Below the pieces are notes generated by a model. That model did not search any database, was not told the DNA's origin, and saw only the letters and a program-made list of their open reading frames with translations. Made by a program: the position numbers and the translations under genes. Below are positions 46,671 through 56,447 of a stretch of DNA of 60,796 bases, piece by piece. Source of the stretch: an uncultured Bacteroidaceae bacterium (GTDB lineage: Bacteria; Bacteroidota; Bacteroidia; Bacteroidales; Bacteroidaceae); assembly GCA_904502185.1 (NCBI GenBank), contig CAJGDX010000001.1:1-60796 (forward strand). Reading direction: 5' to 3'. The number at the start of each line of letters is the position of its first letter. The stretch's first letter is position 1.

Positions 46671-47921
46671 TTACTCCTCGTCGTATGTAGGATAGAGAAA
46701 ATCGTTATAGGGATATTTCTGTACGTGAAGTTCGCAGACACGCTTGTAGATAACATCCTTCAAGTTGTCGATATTGGTACGTTCGCGTGCCGAGATGAAC
46801 AGACAGTTGTCTGCCAGTTTTGCCATCCATGTAGACTTCAGTTCGTCGAGTGTAAGGTTCTCGCGGGTCTTGGGAGTGAGATCGTCCTCCTCTTTGGGCA
46901 CATTCTTGTATGCATCGACCTTGTTGAAGATGACCATCATAGGTTTATCGCCACAGTTAAGGTCGGCAAGTGTCTTGTTTACAACCTCTATCTGCTCTTC
47001 GAAGTCGGGGTGCGAAATATCCACCACATGCAACAGAAGGTCGGCCTCGCGAACCTCGTCGAGAGTAGACTTGAACGACTCTACAAGGTCGGTGGGCAGC
47101 TTACGTATGAATCCTACCGTGTCGGAGAGCAGGAACGGGAGGTTCTCGATTATCACCTTGCGTACAGTTGTGTCGAGTGTGGCAAAGAGCTTATTCTCGG
47201 CAAAGACCTCGCTCTTGGCAAGCAGGTTCATCAGTGTGGATTTTCCCACGTTGGTGTATCCTACAAGCGCCACACGTATCAGACGGCCGCGGTTCTTGCG
47301 CTGGGTGGCCTTCTGACGGTCAATCTGCTGCAATTGCTCCTTGAGCAGCGACATTCTGCCGAGGATTATTCGACGGTCCATTTCGAGCTGTGTTTCACCG
47401 GGACCACGAAGACCTACGCTACCGCCCTTACCGCTGCCGGAACCACCACCCTGACGTTCGAGGTGAGTCCACAGACGTTGCAGACGGGGAAGCATATATT
47501 TGTATTGTGCAAGTTCTACCTGCACCTTGGCATGTGCTGTCTGTGCGCGCATTGCAAATATATCGAGGATGAGCGAAGTTCGGTCGAGAATCTTCACCTT
47601 CAGTTCCTTCTCGATGTTGCGCAACTGCTTGGCAGAGAGTTCGTCGTCGAATATAACCATACCTACCTGCTCGTCGCTGTCCTTGCGTTCTTCGATATAT
47701 GCGCCTATTTCAACAAGTTTACCGCTACCCACGTATGTTACCGGGTGAGGACGATCTATTCTCTGGGTGAAGCGCTTGACAACAACAGCTCCGGCAGTGC
47801 TTGCCAGGAAGTCAAGTTCGTCGAGGTATTCATTGGTCTTGCGCTCGTCCTGATACGAGGTTATAAGACCTATAAGTATTGCGGTTTCCGCCTTTGACTC
47901 GGATATTATGAATTCTTTCAT
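46671..47921 (-). CDS. hflX: GTPase HflX
   Basis: 416 aa. HflX N-domain, then VALVGYTNVGKSTLMN, DTVGFI and NKVD. Confidence 0.93.
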   Translation of the reverse strand: MKEFIISESKAETAILIGLITSYQDERKTNEYLDELDFLASTAGAVVVKRFTQRIDRPHPVTYVGSGKLVEIGAYIEERKDSDEQVGMVIFDDELSAKQLRNIEKELKVKILDRTSLILDIFAMRAQTAHAKVQVELAQYKYMLPRLQRLWTHLERQGGGSGSGKGGSVGLRGPGETQLEMDRRIILGRMSLLKEQLQQIDRQKATQRKNRGRLIRVALVGYTNVGKSTLMNLLAKSEVFAENKLFATLDTTVRKVIIENLPFLLSDTVGFIRKLPTDLVESFKSTLDEVREADLLLHVVDISHPDFEEQIEVVNKTLADLNCGDKPMMVIFNKVDAYKNVPKEEDDLTPKTRENLTLDELKSTWMAKLADNCLFISARERTNIDNLKDVIYKRVCELHVQKYPYNDFLYPTYDEE

Positions 47922-47984
47922 CTCTGTTTTTCTCTATTTCTTACGCGAAGATAGTTGTTTTTGACGTCATATACAAACTATTTG

Positions 47985-49895
47985 TCAGTATCCGAAAAGT
48001 TCGTCACTCGTCAAATGTATTATCGTATGTTGTTGAGCAATGTCCAGTTTTCTGATGCTGCTCTGACGGCCTATGATGAGCTGTGGCGAGCGGCTCTCCG
48101 TCTGACGCTGATGGAACTCTTTTACATCGTAGTAGTCAAGAGAATTCAAGGCATCGTAAAGCTCGGCGGCTGTATATCCACGTTCGCATGCAGCGAGATA
48201 CTCCTCGGCAAGCGAATAACCGCCAACCTTTTGTGTGGAACATTCGTAAAGAAGATACAGTTTGGCTGCATCAAATTCCTCGCGCGTAAAGGGGAATTGC
48301 CCTGGCACTACACCCGGGAAGAGATACGCGCCTGAGGGATAATGTTTTTCAGAAGCACCGGCTAGCGATGCAGCCTTATTGAAAAGCAGGACTGACGCAT
48401 GGTCGGCAACGCTGATTGCAGCAGGAACTGCAACAATGCTTATAAATTCCTCTGTATCCATCGGCAGCAGAGAGATGGCAGCAACCGTATCGCCGGGAGC
48501 GGCACTCTGCATCGGTTTTTCGTTGGCAGGCATTCGTTTAGAGATTGCAGCAAGAATATTTTCGGTATCTCTGCCGCTGTATAGTATTTCGGAAGGTGGG
48601 GCAAGCATAGCTGCCACGCAATGCGCTGCTGCTTCGTAAGTTCCCTGCAAAGATTGACCGCCATACATATAACGGGCAAATTGTTCGGCAATATTATCCA
48701 GCGGCTTTTTTGTGGCAGCAACTGCGTCATTGTCGGCACATAGCTGCTTATACAGATTTTTGTTATTCAGTATTGTATCAAGGGCTGCGAAAAGAGTCTT
48801 TATAGAACCCTGTTGATTGCTTGCAATGCCCTCGATGTTCAGTTGCAACGCTGCACCATCGGCCTGCACAATTGCCCTGCCACCCAGTTTTTCGTCAAGC
48901 CAGACAGCAAAATGGCCGATGAACGACGGCGAGAGTTGCGGCATCGAATAGCGCAATGCAAGGGTAAAAAGAGTGTCGCCGGCTTCGCCGCAAATAAGTT
49001 TGGTGCCGTTGATGGATGATATTTCCAGCCCATCGGCATCGGGGAATATTACCGGTGCAGGCAGCGAAGGAAGCAATGTTATATTATTCTCGGCAGCGGC
49101 TGTTGCCTCGGGCATTCTGCCACAGCGATAGATGGAGGGCAGCCTGCGGCTGTCGGCAAGCTGTGCTGCGTCAAGGATTTTCAGACGCTCGCGGCGGAGA
49201 TAGACATCGTTCCACACTGCGCCACGTATCACCGCCTCGGCAATGGCAAAGGTGCGGAAGCCGTTATCTTTTTCGCCAAAAAGCAATTTTTGATTATATG
49301 CCTTAGCAAGTTCTGTGGGTGTAGCATTTGAAGGAGAGAGCAACTGCGCAACCTGCATGTCTGCCGTCGCTGCATCAATGGCAATCGCAAGCGTAGGGGT
49401 CAGTTGGGTTGCAGATATCTGTTTTTCGATAGCCGCAACAGTCGTTTCGGCCTCTACGGCACCTGATACAACAAAAAAAGCACTGTCGGGCAGCGACAGG
49501 AAACTGCCACTGAGGATGTGCGCCCAATTTTCTATTTCGTTGCAGGGAATATCGTTGCTGACAATGGTTGAACCATGAATTTCCGTCACGTCACAAACAT
49601 CTGTTCCTATTGAGGCAAAGAGCGAACGATACTTCTGCGAACGGGTAGACGGAGCAAGCAGCCTTTCGAGGGTGTCGCAAGCTACCGACGGAAGACATAA
49701 GGCAACTGTGGCGCGCGGCAGGACATCGTTGTGCGTGACAAAGACTTTCACGCCACGGGGCAGTCGATAAAGGCGCGTTGCGTAGGGGTCGCCCTCGATT
49801 GCAGTGTAGGGACGGCCATCATGCGACGAGCAGGAGAGAAGCGCCACCAGCAGCAGCGCCGGCAGAAATATAAATCGTTTGAGAAGCATCGCCAT
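47985..49895 (-). CDS. Hypothetical lipoprotein; weak resemblance to an inactive M16 (pitrilysin-like) protein
   Basis: 636 aa. Lipobox LLSC. N-terminus RLYRLPRGVKVFVTHNDVLPRATVALCLP..VACDTLERLL aligns by eye with the M16 start, but HxxEH is replaced by CDTLE. Confidence 0.4.
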   Translation of the reverse strand: MAMLLKRFIFLPALLLVALLSCSSHDGRPYTAIEGDPYATRLYRLPRGVKVFVTHNDVLPRATVALCLPSVACDTLERLLAPSTRSQKYRSLFASIGTDVCDVTEIHGSTIVSNDIPCNEIENWAHILSGSFLSLPDSAFFVVSGAVEAETTVAAIEKQISATQLTPTLAIAIDAATADMQVAQLLSPSNATPTELAKAYNQKLLFGEKDNGFRTFAIAEAVIRGAVWNDVYLRRERLKILDAAQLADSRRLPSIYRCGRMPEATAAAENNITLLPSLPAPVIFPDADGLEISSINGTKLICGEAGDTLFTLALRYSMPQLSPSFIGHFAVWLDEKLGGRAIVQADGAALQLNIEGIASNQQGSIKTLFAALDTILNNKNLYKQLCADNDAVAATKKPLDNIAEQFARYMYGGQSLQGTYEAAAHCVAAMLAPPSEILYSGRDTENILAAISKRMPANEKPMQSAAPGDTVAAISLLPMDTEEFISIVAVPAAISVADHASVLLFNKAASLAGASEKHYPSGAYLFPGVVPGQFPFTREEFDAAKLYLLYECSTQKVGGYSLAEEYLAACERGYTAAELYDALNSLDYYDVKEFHQRQTESRSPQLIIGRQSSIRKLDIAQQHTIIHLTSDELFGY

Positions 49896-49897
49896 TG

Positions 49898-51031
49898 TTA
49901 CTCGATGTTATTTGCTTTGTATCTTCCGCCTGCAAGAGTCTTTACATGCTCTTTCATTTCAAGTTCAAAGAGCAGGGGCATCAGACGGTTCACGGGAATG
50001 TTTGTCTCCACCACCAGCCTGTTTATCTGTACACCTTCGGGGAAACGGGCAAGCTGCTGCATAACAATCTCCTCTTCGGGTGTAAAATTGAAAAGTTGCA
50101 TCTGCGCCGGATTATCCTTGGGGGTTTTTCGCGAAGGCCGCCAGTTCATTGCAGAAACAAAATCTGTGGCAGAGGTAATAAGAGCCGCACGATTTCTGCT
50201 TATAAGTTCGTTGCAGCCTTTGGAATTTTCGTCATTTACACGACCCGGAAAGGCAAAGCAGTCGCGCGAATAGCTGTAAGCGATAGAGGCCGTTATCAGC
50301 GAGCCACCCTTGGACGCGGATTCAACCACCACCGTTGCATCGGACATTCCTGCCACTATGCGGTTGCGACGGACAAAGTAGGCAGGTAACGACTCTGTAC
50401 CACTCATGAATTCTGTCAACAGTCCGCCATTCTCGAGCATCTCCTTGGCTGCATTACGATGAGGTTGGGGATATATACGGTCGAGTCCGTGCGCCAGCAC
50501 TCCAACGGTGGGCAGAGATGTTGCCATTGCAGCCTTGTGGGCACAAATGTCTATTCCGTAGGCAAGACCACTGACAACAAGAGTGTCGGGTATCAGTTGC
50601 GACAGTTCCCTCACAAACTTTTCGCAGATATCTTTACCATATTCGGTTGCACGGCGGGTACCGACCACCGAAACTATGCGGCGTGCATTAAGGTTGACGT
50701 TACCTTTTTTATATAGTACGATGGGAGCGTCGTCACACTCACGCAGACGACGAGGATAGTTTTTATCGTTGTAACAGAGGATGTCGATGCCATGCGTTTC
50801 GGCAAACTCCATCTCTTTCTCGGCCTTTTCAAAAGCTTTGGGGTCGGCAAAGAGGGCTTTAAGACGAGGTGTGGCACCGGGCAGTATGTCGCCGAGCGAG
50901 GAGAGATTGTCGAAGATGGCAGAAGCACTGCCGGTCACCTCTATTATATTACGAAAGAGAGCGGCTTCCAATCCTTGCACCTGTGTAAGTGCAAGCATTG
51001 AAAGCCGTTCTTTATAGTTTTTTCCCTTCAC
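49898..51031 (-). CDS. dprA: DNA-processing protein DprA (Smf)
   Basis: 377 aa. VVSGLAYGIDICAHKAAM...TVGVLAHGLDRIYP...GGSLITA, with a C-terminal winged helix. Confidence 0.9.
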   Translation of the reverse strand: MKGKNYKERLSMLALTQVQGLEAALFRNIIEVTGSASAIFDNLSSLGDILPGATPRLKALFADPKAFEKAEKEMEFAETHGIDILCYNDKNYPRRLRECDDAPIVLYKKGNVNLNARRIVSVVGTRRATEYGKDICEKFVRELSQLIPDTLVVSGLAYGIDICAHKAAMATSLPTVGVLAHGLDRIYPQPHRNAAKEMLENGGLLTEFMSGTESLPAYFVRRNRIVAGMSDATVVVESASKGGSLITASIAYSYSRDCFAFPGRVNDENSKGCNELISRNRAALITSATDFVSAMNWRPSRKTPKDNPAQMQLFNFTPEEEIVMQQLARFPEGVQINRLVVETNIPVNRLMPLLFELEMKEHVKTLAGGRYKANNIE

Positions 51032-51049
51032 GGTTAAGCGGAGGAATTA

Positions 51050-52753
51050 TTATTTAATGATTTTCTGGAATGCTTCGTTTGTAACATACTTCGAGAACTC
51101 GAGGTCGTTAACAGCCTTAGCAGCCATTGAGGGATCGAGCTTGATAGCGTTCTTCAAACCATCGTAGATGAGTGATGCATTGTCGGTACGAGCACCGAGG
51201 ATAGCTCTGATGTAGTGTGTGTTTGCATCGGGGTTCTCAATCTTTGTAAGAGTTGTCTTTGCAAGATTGTAGTCCTTGTTGAGCAACTGTGCAAGAGCTG
51301 TGCTGTTTGTAACCTCCTTGCCAAGAAGCTCAGCTGCACGCTGGTACTGTCCCTGTGCGATGTAGAGGTTACCGAGAGCCTCGTCACCAGCCTTAGCGCT
51401 TGCGCCCTTAGCCATGTATGACTCAGCTGCTGCTACATCACCCTCGAGCAATGAAAGGTAACCGAGGTTAACGTTTACCTCAGAGGCTGTGGGGTTAGCC
51501 TTAGCTGCCTTTGCAAGGTAGCTTGCTGCAGTCTTGTAGTCACCGTTGTTGTAAGCGATAGCTGCAAGGTTGTTGTATGAACGGTAGTCGTTGGGGAAGA
51601 GGTTTGCTGCTGTTGTGAAGATCTTCTCCTGCTCCTTTGTATCCTCTGTAAGGATTGAAGAGTAAAGAATTTCCTCGAGAGAGAGCTGTTTGGGATCTTT
51701 GGCAAACTGCTCCTGGATCTCCTCGTCTGAACGACCGATAAGCTGATAGTTCAATGTGATACGTGCACGACGCAACTGGGGAAGAATCTCGTCAGCAAGA
51801 TCTTTGTATACAGAAGAGATGTTCTTGATCTGTGCCTCACGCTCTTCGGGCTCTTTGTACATAGAAAGTACGCGGAGGATAACATCTTTGTCGGGGAGGT
51901 TTGACTTAGAAACAAGTTCCTGGAAGCCTTCCCAGTCCTCAGCTGTGTAGTCTGTGTCGAGGTTACCGTTGAGCTCGGCTTTCTTCATCTGCTGCTCAAC
52001 GAATTTAGCTGTGTTCTTCTCACGGCCACCTGCAACGTCTACGTTGAGTGTCATACCACCGTCAGGTGAAGCGTATGCTGCAACCTCTACGTTGTCAAGA
52101 ACCTTGCTCTTTGTGTCAGTTGCAACGTCCTTCATTGAAGCCTGCAATTCCTTGATGCTCTCAGACTTTGTTTCGCTGTTGCGAAGGTTTGTCTGCTGGA
52201 TGAGGAACATGATGTTAGCCTGCTTAGCCTGCTTGATTACACGCTGGAAAGCATCCTCGCCAATAGCGATGTTTGACTTTGTGATTGTTGAACGGTAAAG
52301 TTCAGATGTTGCGATGCAACCGTCTGCAACCTTAACTTCGGGCAATGTGTATGACTTCTTGCCTTTTGTTACCTCAAACTTAAGGTAAAGAGCTGATTTT
52401 GCCATCTCGGGAGCATAATCATAGCTTGCCTTCATTGTGAAGTTACCACCCTCTTTGTATGCGATTGTACGGTTGTTACCCTGTACTTTCTCGCCCTGGA
52501 AGGTCATTGATTCGGCTGCAAGTTCACCACCGTCCCATTTCAATACAGGAGTTACTGTAAGTACGGCTTTCTTTGCAAAGAATTTCTCGGGGAATTTGCC
52601 GTCGATGGTTACAGGTACCTTACCACCTACAACCTCGAGAACTTGCGGAGTTACTGTGAAATACTCTGAAGAGAGACCTTTCATCTTTGAACCGCATGAT
52701 GTGCAAAGGATCACTGCTACTAAAGAGAGCAGGAATGAAATTTTTTTAATCAT
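51050..52753 (-). CDS. TPR-repeat lipoprotein (beta-rich N-domain plus C-terminal TPRs)
   Basis: 567 aa. Lipobox LCTSC. TPR-like repeats are present (YNNLAAIAYNNGDYKTAASYLAKAAKANP..., LGNLYIAQGQYQRAAELL). Codon usage is strongly optimised. Confidence 0.7.
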   Translation of the reverse strand: MIKKISFLLSLVAVILCTSCGSKMKGLSSEYFTVTPQVLEVVGGKVPVTIDGKFPEKFFAKKAVLTVTPVLKWDGGELAAESMTFQGEKVQGNNRTIAYKEGGNFTMKASYDYAPEMAKSALYLKFEVTKGKKSYTLPEVKVADGCIATSELYRSTITKSNIAIGEDAFQRVIKQAKQANIMFLIQQTNLRNSETKSESIKELQASMKDVATDTKSKVLDNVEVAAYASPDGGMTLNVDVAGGREKNTAKFVEQQMKKAELNGNLDTDYTAEDWEGFQELVSKSNLPDKDVILRVLSMYKEPEEREAQIKNISSVYKDLADEILPQLRRARITLNYQLIGRSDEEIQEQFAKDPKQLSLEEILYSSILTEDTKEQEKIFTTAANLFPNDYRSYNNLAAIAYNNGDYKTAASYLAKAAKANPTASEVNVNLGYLSLLEGDVAAAESYMAKGASAKAGDEALGNLYIAQGQYQRAAELLGKEVTNSTALAQLLNKDYNLAKTTLTKIENPDANTHYIRAILGARTDNASLIYDGLKNAIKLDPSMAAKAVNDLEFSKYVTNEAFQKIIK

Positions 52754-52913
52754 TTTTTAGGTTAAAATTAATTGTTTATAGTTTGACTTTTATATGCTGT
52801 GTAATAGTAGATGCACCATGCTTTTAGGGTATACAGCGAGGTGCTTCCGCAAAATTTTTGCAAAGATAATGCAAACGCTGTTTTTAATAAAATTATTGCA
52901 TTTATTTTTTTGC

Positions 52914-53843
52914 TTATTCTGTGGGTTTTAAGTGGTTTTTTCTGTTTCTTGGGTGGTGTTCTATTATTTCCTGCCGTAAACGGGCGCGGTCGATGTGTGT
53001 ATATATCTCGGTTGTAGATATACTCTCGTGACCCAGCATCGACTGAATGACACGCAGATTGGCACCTCCTTCGAGCAGATGGGTAGCAAACGAATGACGG
53101 AATGTGTGGGGGCTGACATTCTTCTCTATTCCCACAGCCTCGGCGAGTTCCTTGATTATGTGAAACACGGTTATGCGCGACAGAGGCTTACCACGTCTGG
53201 CACTGAGAAAAACAAAATCCTCGTACCCGGGACGGATATTTATAGTTGCACGGTCGGCCATATAAGCCTGAAGTTCGGCAATGGCACGCTGGGAAATGGG
53301 AACAAGCCTCTGCTTGCCGCCCTTGCCCTGCACCCTGACGAACTCTTCGGTGATGTATATATCGCTGAAACGAAGACCGCACAATTCCGAAACACGCAAC
53401 CCACAGCTATACATCAGTTCTATTATTGCTCTGTTGCGCTGCCCCTCCACCATCGACAGGTCTATCGCATTCATCATGGAATCTATCTCATCGAGGGTAA
53501 GCACATCGGGCAGGTGACGACCTATCTTGGGAGAGCCTATCTGCTCCGTAGGGTCGGCGCTTATATAATCGTCGAGTTTCAGGAATGAATAGTATGAACG
53601 CAACGATGACAATATACGAGCCCTTGAACGGGCATGAATACCAACGTCGGCAAGCGACACAAAAAAGCCCTGAATATCCTCTGCCGTTGCCTTCAGACTC
53701 TCTTTCTGCTCTTCGTTCAGATATTTCTCCAACTTCGCAACATCACCCATATATGCATCCAATGTATTGGCAGACAAAGATTTTTCCAGTTGCAAATACA
53801 TTCGATAGCGTTCGATGGGCGTTTTTCGTTCTTTAGCACACAT
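52914..53843 (-). CDS. xerD: Tyrosine recombinase XerD (chromosome dimer resolution)
   Basis: 309 aa. SAM-like N-domain, LMYSCGLRVSEL, HTFRHSFATHLLEGGANLRVIQSMLGHESISTTEIYTH. Confidence 0.85.
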   Translation of the reverse strand: MCAKERKTPIERYRMYLQLEKSLSANTLDAYMGDVAKLEKYLNEEQKESLKATAEDIQGFFVSLADVGIHARSRARILSSLRSYYSFLKLDDYISADPTEQIGSPKIGRHLPDVLTLDEIDSMMNAIDLSMVEGQRNRAIIELMYSCGLRVSELCGLRFSDIYITEEFVRVQGKGGKQRLVPISQRAIAELQAYMADRATINIRPGYEDFVFLSARRGKPLSRITVFHIIKELAEAVGIEKNVSPHTFRHSFATHLLEGGANLRVIQSMLGHESISTTEIYTHIDRARLRQEIIEHHPRNRKNHLKPTE

Positions 53844-53983
53844 GAATTCAGGGAGATTGGAGAATTGTGTGCAAAGTTACCCTTTTTATCACTCTTTTAT
53901 GCATCCATTGGCTACTGAATTTCCAAAATTTCAGTTTTTTGCGTATCTTCGCACGTTGAAACACACACTTTCACCGACGAGTA

Positions 53984-54622
53984 ATGAGAATTGCGACACC
54001 CATAGAGGAGTATATCATGGAACACATAAGCCCCGAAGGCGATTATCTTTATCGTCTTTTCAGGGCGACAAATGTCGAGACTGTCAACCCCCAGATGGCT
54101 TCGGGGCACATACAGGGCCGACTGCTGAAGATGCTTGTGGAGATGATGCGCCCCAGAAACATTCTCGAAATTGGGACATTCACGGGCTACTCTGCAATAT
54201 GCATGGCAGAGGGGTTGCAGGATGGCGGCAAGCTTTACACATTCGACATCGACGATGAAATGGAGGATTTTACACGAAAATGGATAGAAAACTCCCCCGT
54301 CGCCGACAAGATTGTCTACAAGATTGGCAGCGCACTGGACGAAGTTCCAAACCTGGGTGTTATGTTCGACCTGGTGTTTATCGATGGCGACAAACGCGAA
54401 TATGCCGAATATTACGAAATGGCATTGCAGCATCTGAACCCCGGCGGATGGATATTGGCAGACAACACTCTGTGGGATGGTCATGTAATTGAGGCCGACC
54501 GCAAAGATGCACAGACCGAGAGTGTGCGACGCTTCAACAAACTTGTCAAGGACGACCCACGAGTGGAGGAGGTTATTCTCCCTTTGCGTGACGGACTGAC
54601 AATTATTAGAAAAATCGAATAA
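53984..54622 (+). CDS. Class I SAM-dependent O-methyltransferase (family 3, caffeoyl-CoA-OMT/TrmR-like)
   Basis: 212 aa. ILEIGTFTGYSAICMA ... FDLVFIDGDKREY ... GGWILADNTLWDG. Confidence 0.8.
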   Translation: MRIATPIEEYIMEHISPEGDYLYRLFRATNVETVNPQMASGHIQGRLLKMLVEMMRPRNILEIGTFTGYSAICMAEGLQDGGKLYTFDIDDEMEDFTRKWIENSPVADKIVYKIGSALDEVPNLGVMFDLVFIDGDKREYAEYYEMALQHLNPGGWILADNTLWDGHVIEADRKDAQTESVRRFNKLVKDDPRVEEVILPLRDGLTIIRKIE

Positions 54623-54633
54623 AAAAACATCAA

Positions 54634-54966
54634 ATGGATAGTACAAGACAAAGCAAGATTGCCCGACTGATTCAGAAGGAACTGGGCGATATTTTTCTTA
54701 AAATGACAAAGGAGACACGCGGAGTGATGGTCTCTGTAAGCATCGTCAGAGTCAGCCCCGACCTTGGCATTGCAAAGGCCTACCTGAGTGTCTTTCCCTC
54801 GGCAAAAGGTGCAGAGGTTGTTGAAATGCTCAACAAAAACACAAAGAGCATCCGTTTCGAGCTTGGCAACCGCGTACGCCACCAGTTGCGCATAATCCCC
54901 GAACTTCGATTCTACATCGACGACTCGCTCGACTACATTGAGCACATTGACAACCTGTTGAAATAG
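54634..54966 (+). CDS. rbfA: Ribosome-binding factor A
   Basis: 110 aa. RQSKIARLIQKELGDIF...VSIVRVSPDLGIAKAYLSVF...RHQLRIIPELRFYIDDS. Confidence 0.9.
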   Translation: MDSTRQSKIARLIQKELGDIFLKMTKETRGVMVSVSIVRVSPDLGIAKAYLSVFPSAKGAEVVEMLNKNTKSIRFELGNRVRHQLRIIPELRFYIDDSLDYIEHIDNLLK

Positions 54967-54983
54967 CAGTTGCCCATAAGGCC

Positions 54984-56237
54984 ATGAACGTATCGTTCTA
55001 CATTGCCAAGCGTTACCTGTTCTCGAAAAAGAGCCATCAGGCGATAAATATAATTTCGGGAGTAGCTGTTGCCGGCGTCACGCTTGCAACAATAGCCATG
55101 GTGTGTACACTGTCGGTGTTCAATGGCTTCAGGATGTTGGTTGCGGAACAGTTCACAGCCTTCGACCCACAGATAAAAATCACCGCGCGAAAAGGAAAAA
55201 CATTCGACGCATCGGCATTGCAGATGGTAAAGGAGATGCCGGAAATTGCCGTTTCCACCGAATGTTTCGAGGACAAGGTGATGGTGCAGTACGGTGGACG
55301 TCAGGTGATGGCCACCATCAAAGGTGTAGAGGACAACTTCTCGCAACTGACCGACATAGAGAAGGTGCTTATAGGCAACGGCACATTCAAACTTCACGAC
55401 AACACAGTAGACTACGCAACGCCAGGCATAGAACTTACGGGACAGTTGAACTGTGGTCTTTACCACACTGCCCCACTGGAGATTTACGCCCCCAAACGCG
55501 GGCGCAAGGTGAGCATGGCAAACCCTGCATCGAATTTCCGCAAAGGCTATCTCTACGCATCGGGAAAGACATTTATTGTCAATCAGCCCAAATATGACGG
55601 CAACTACATACTGACCTCCATAGATTTTGCACGCGAAATATTCGGACGCGACAGCAGCGATGTAACATCCTTTGAACTTAAGACCATAGACGGCACAAAC
55701 ACAGATGCCTTGAAGAGCCGCCTGCAGACGCTCCTTGGCGAGGACTTCTGCGTGGAGGACCGCTTCGAACAACAGGCCGATATTTTCAAGATAATGACAA
55801 TTGAGAAATTCATCTCCTATCTGTTCCTGTCATTCATTTTGCTGATTGCATGCTTCAACGTCATCGGTTCCCTGTCGATGCTCATCATCGACAAGAAGAG
55901 AGATATGGAGACACTCCGCAGCCTTGGCGCAAGCGACAAACTCATTGCAAACATATTCATCATCGAAGGCTCCATAATATCCGTACTGGGCGCCTTTGCA
56001 GGTATTCTGCTGGGAGTGCTGCTCTGCTACATTCAGCAGGAATTCGGTATAATCACCTTTGGCGATGCTGCAAGCGGCTTTGTCATAGACCGTTACCCGG
56101 TAGACATTGTGGCAAGCGACATTGCAGTAGTATTTGCAACGGTCATTGCTGTCGGGCTTATTGCCATGGGGTTACCCGTAAGATACCTTACCGGCAGACT
56201 GCTTGCAGGCAGCAACGACTCCAAAGAAAACATCTGA
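54984..56237 (+). CDS. FtsX-like ABC-transporter permease (LolC/E-type)
   Basis: 417 aa. MNVSFYIAKRYLFSKKSHQAINIISGVAV, a large periplasmic loop, and a C-terminal FtsX domain. Confidence 0.82.
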   Translation: MNVSFYIAKRYLFSKKSHQAINIISGVAVAGVTLATIAMVCTLSVFNGFRMLVAEQFTAFDPQIKITARKGKTFDASALQMVKEMPEIAVSTECFEDKVMVQYGGRQVMATIKGVEDNFSQLTDIEKVLIGNGTFKLHDNTVDYATPGIELTGQLNCGLYHTAPLEIYAPKRGRKVSMANPASNFRKGYLYASGKTFIVNQPKYDGNYILTSIDFAREIFGRDSSDVTSFELKTIDGTNTDALKSRLQTLLGEDFCVEDRFEQQADIFKIMTIEKFISYLFLSFILLIACFNVIGSLSMLIIDKKRDMETLRSLGASDKLIANIFIIEGSIISVLGAFAGILLGVLLCYIQQEFGIITFGDAASGFVIDRYPVDIVASDIAVVFATVIAVGLIAMGLPVRYLTGRLLAGSNDSKENI

Positions 56238-56420
56238 CAGAGCCGAACACCCGCTCCGGGCCATCCTGAAGGGGAAGAGAGAAAAGCTGGCAATATTCTT
56301 AACCCATTTTTACGTACATTTTCGTTTCTTTGTTGTATCTTTGAGGTCAGACCTTAAAGATTGTCTGCATTCGTTGCGAAATATTCAAGCCTGCTTGATA
56401 TTATTTCGTCCGTTTCGGAA

Positions 56421-56428
56421 TATCTTTG
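56421..56428 (+). promoter_or_regulatory. -7 box TATCTTTG upstream of the esterase gene
   Basis: Matches TAnnTTTG, 19 nt before the ATG at 56448. A second copy lies at 56336-56343. Confidence 0.35.
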
Positions 56429-56447
56429 AAAAACATAAAACGAAAAT

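Noticed and set aside
46650-47897. 415-aa plus-strand ORF spanning almost the whole hflX locus
   Set aside because: It is an antisense shadow ORF. The minus-strand frame has unmistakable HflX GTPase motifs (GYTNVGKSTLMN, DTVGFI, NKVD). The plus-strand product is low-information, Leu/Val/Cys-rich sequence with no signature.
49898-51031. dprA as an indicator of a competence or DNA-uptake island
   Set aside because: It is a single conserved housekeeping-type gene with no com/pil neighbours. This is an ordinary chromosomal context.
52914-53843. Tyrosine recombinase as a possible integrase marking a mobile element or invertible promoter
   Set aside because: It has XerD length and motifs and housekeeping neighbours. 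I could see no flanking direct or inverted repeats, tRNA target, cargo genes or nearby invertible-promoter-style repeats.
53912-55772. Long minus-strand ORFs (244, 154 and 279 aa) opposite the O-methyltransferase, rbfA and FtsX-like permease genes
   Set aside because: The plus-strand frames carry clear family motifs and contiguous operon spacing. The minus-strand ORFs are typical antisense open frames. The same reasoning applies to 42054-42806 opposite queG and to 43586-44146 and 44798-45433 opposite the CoA-transferase.
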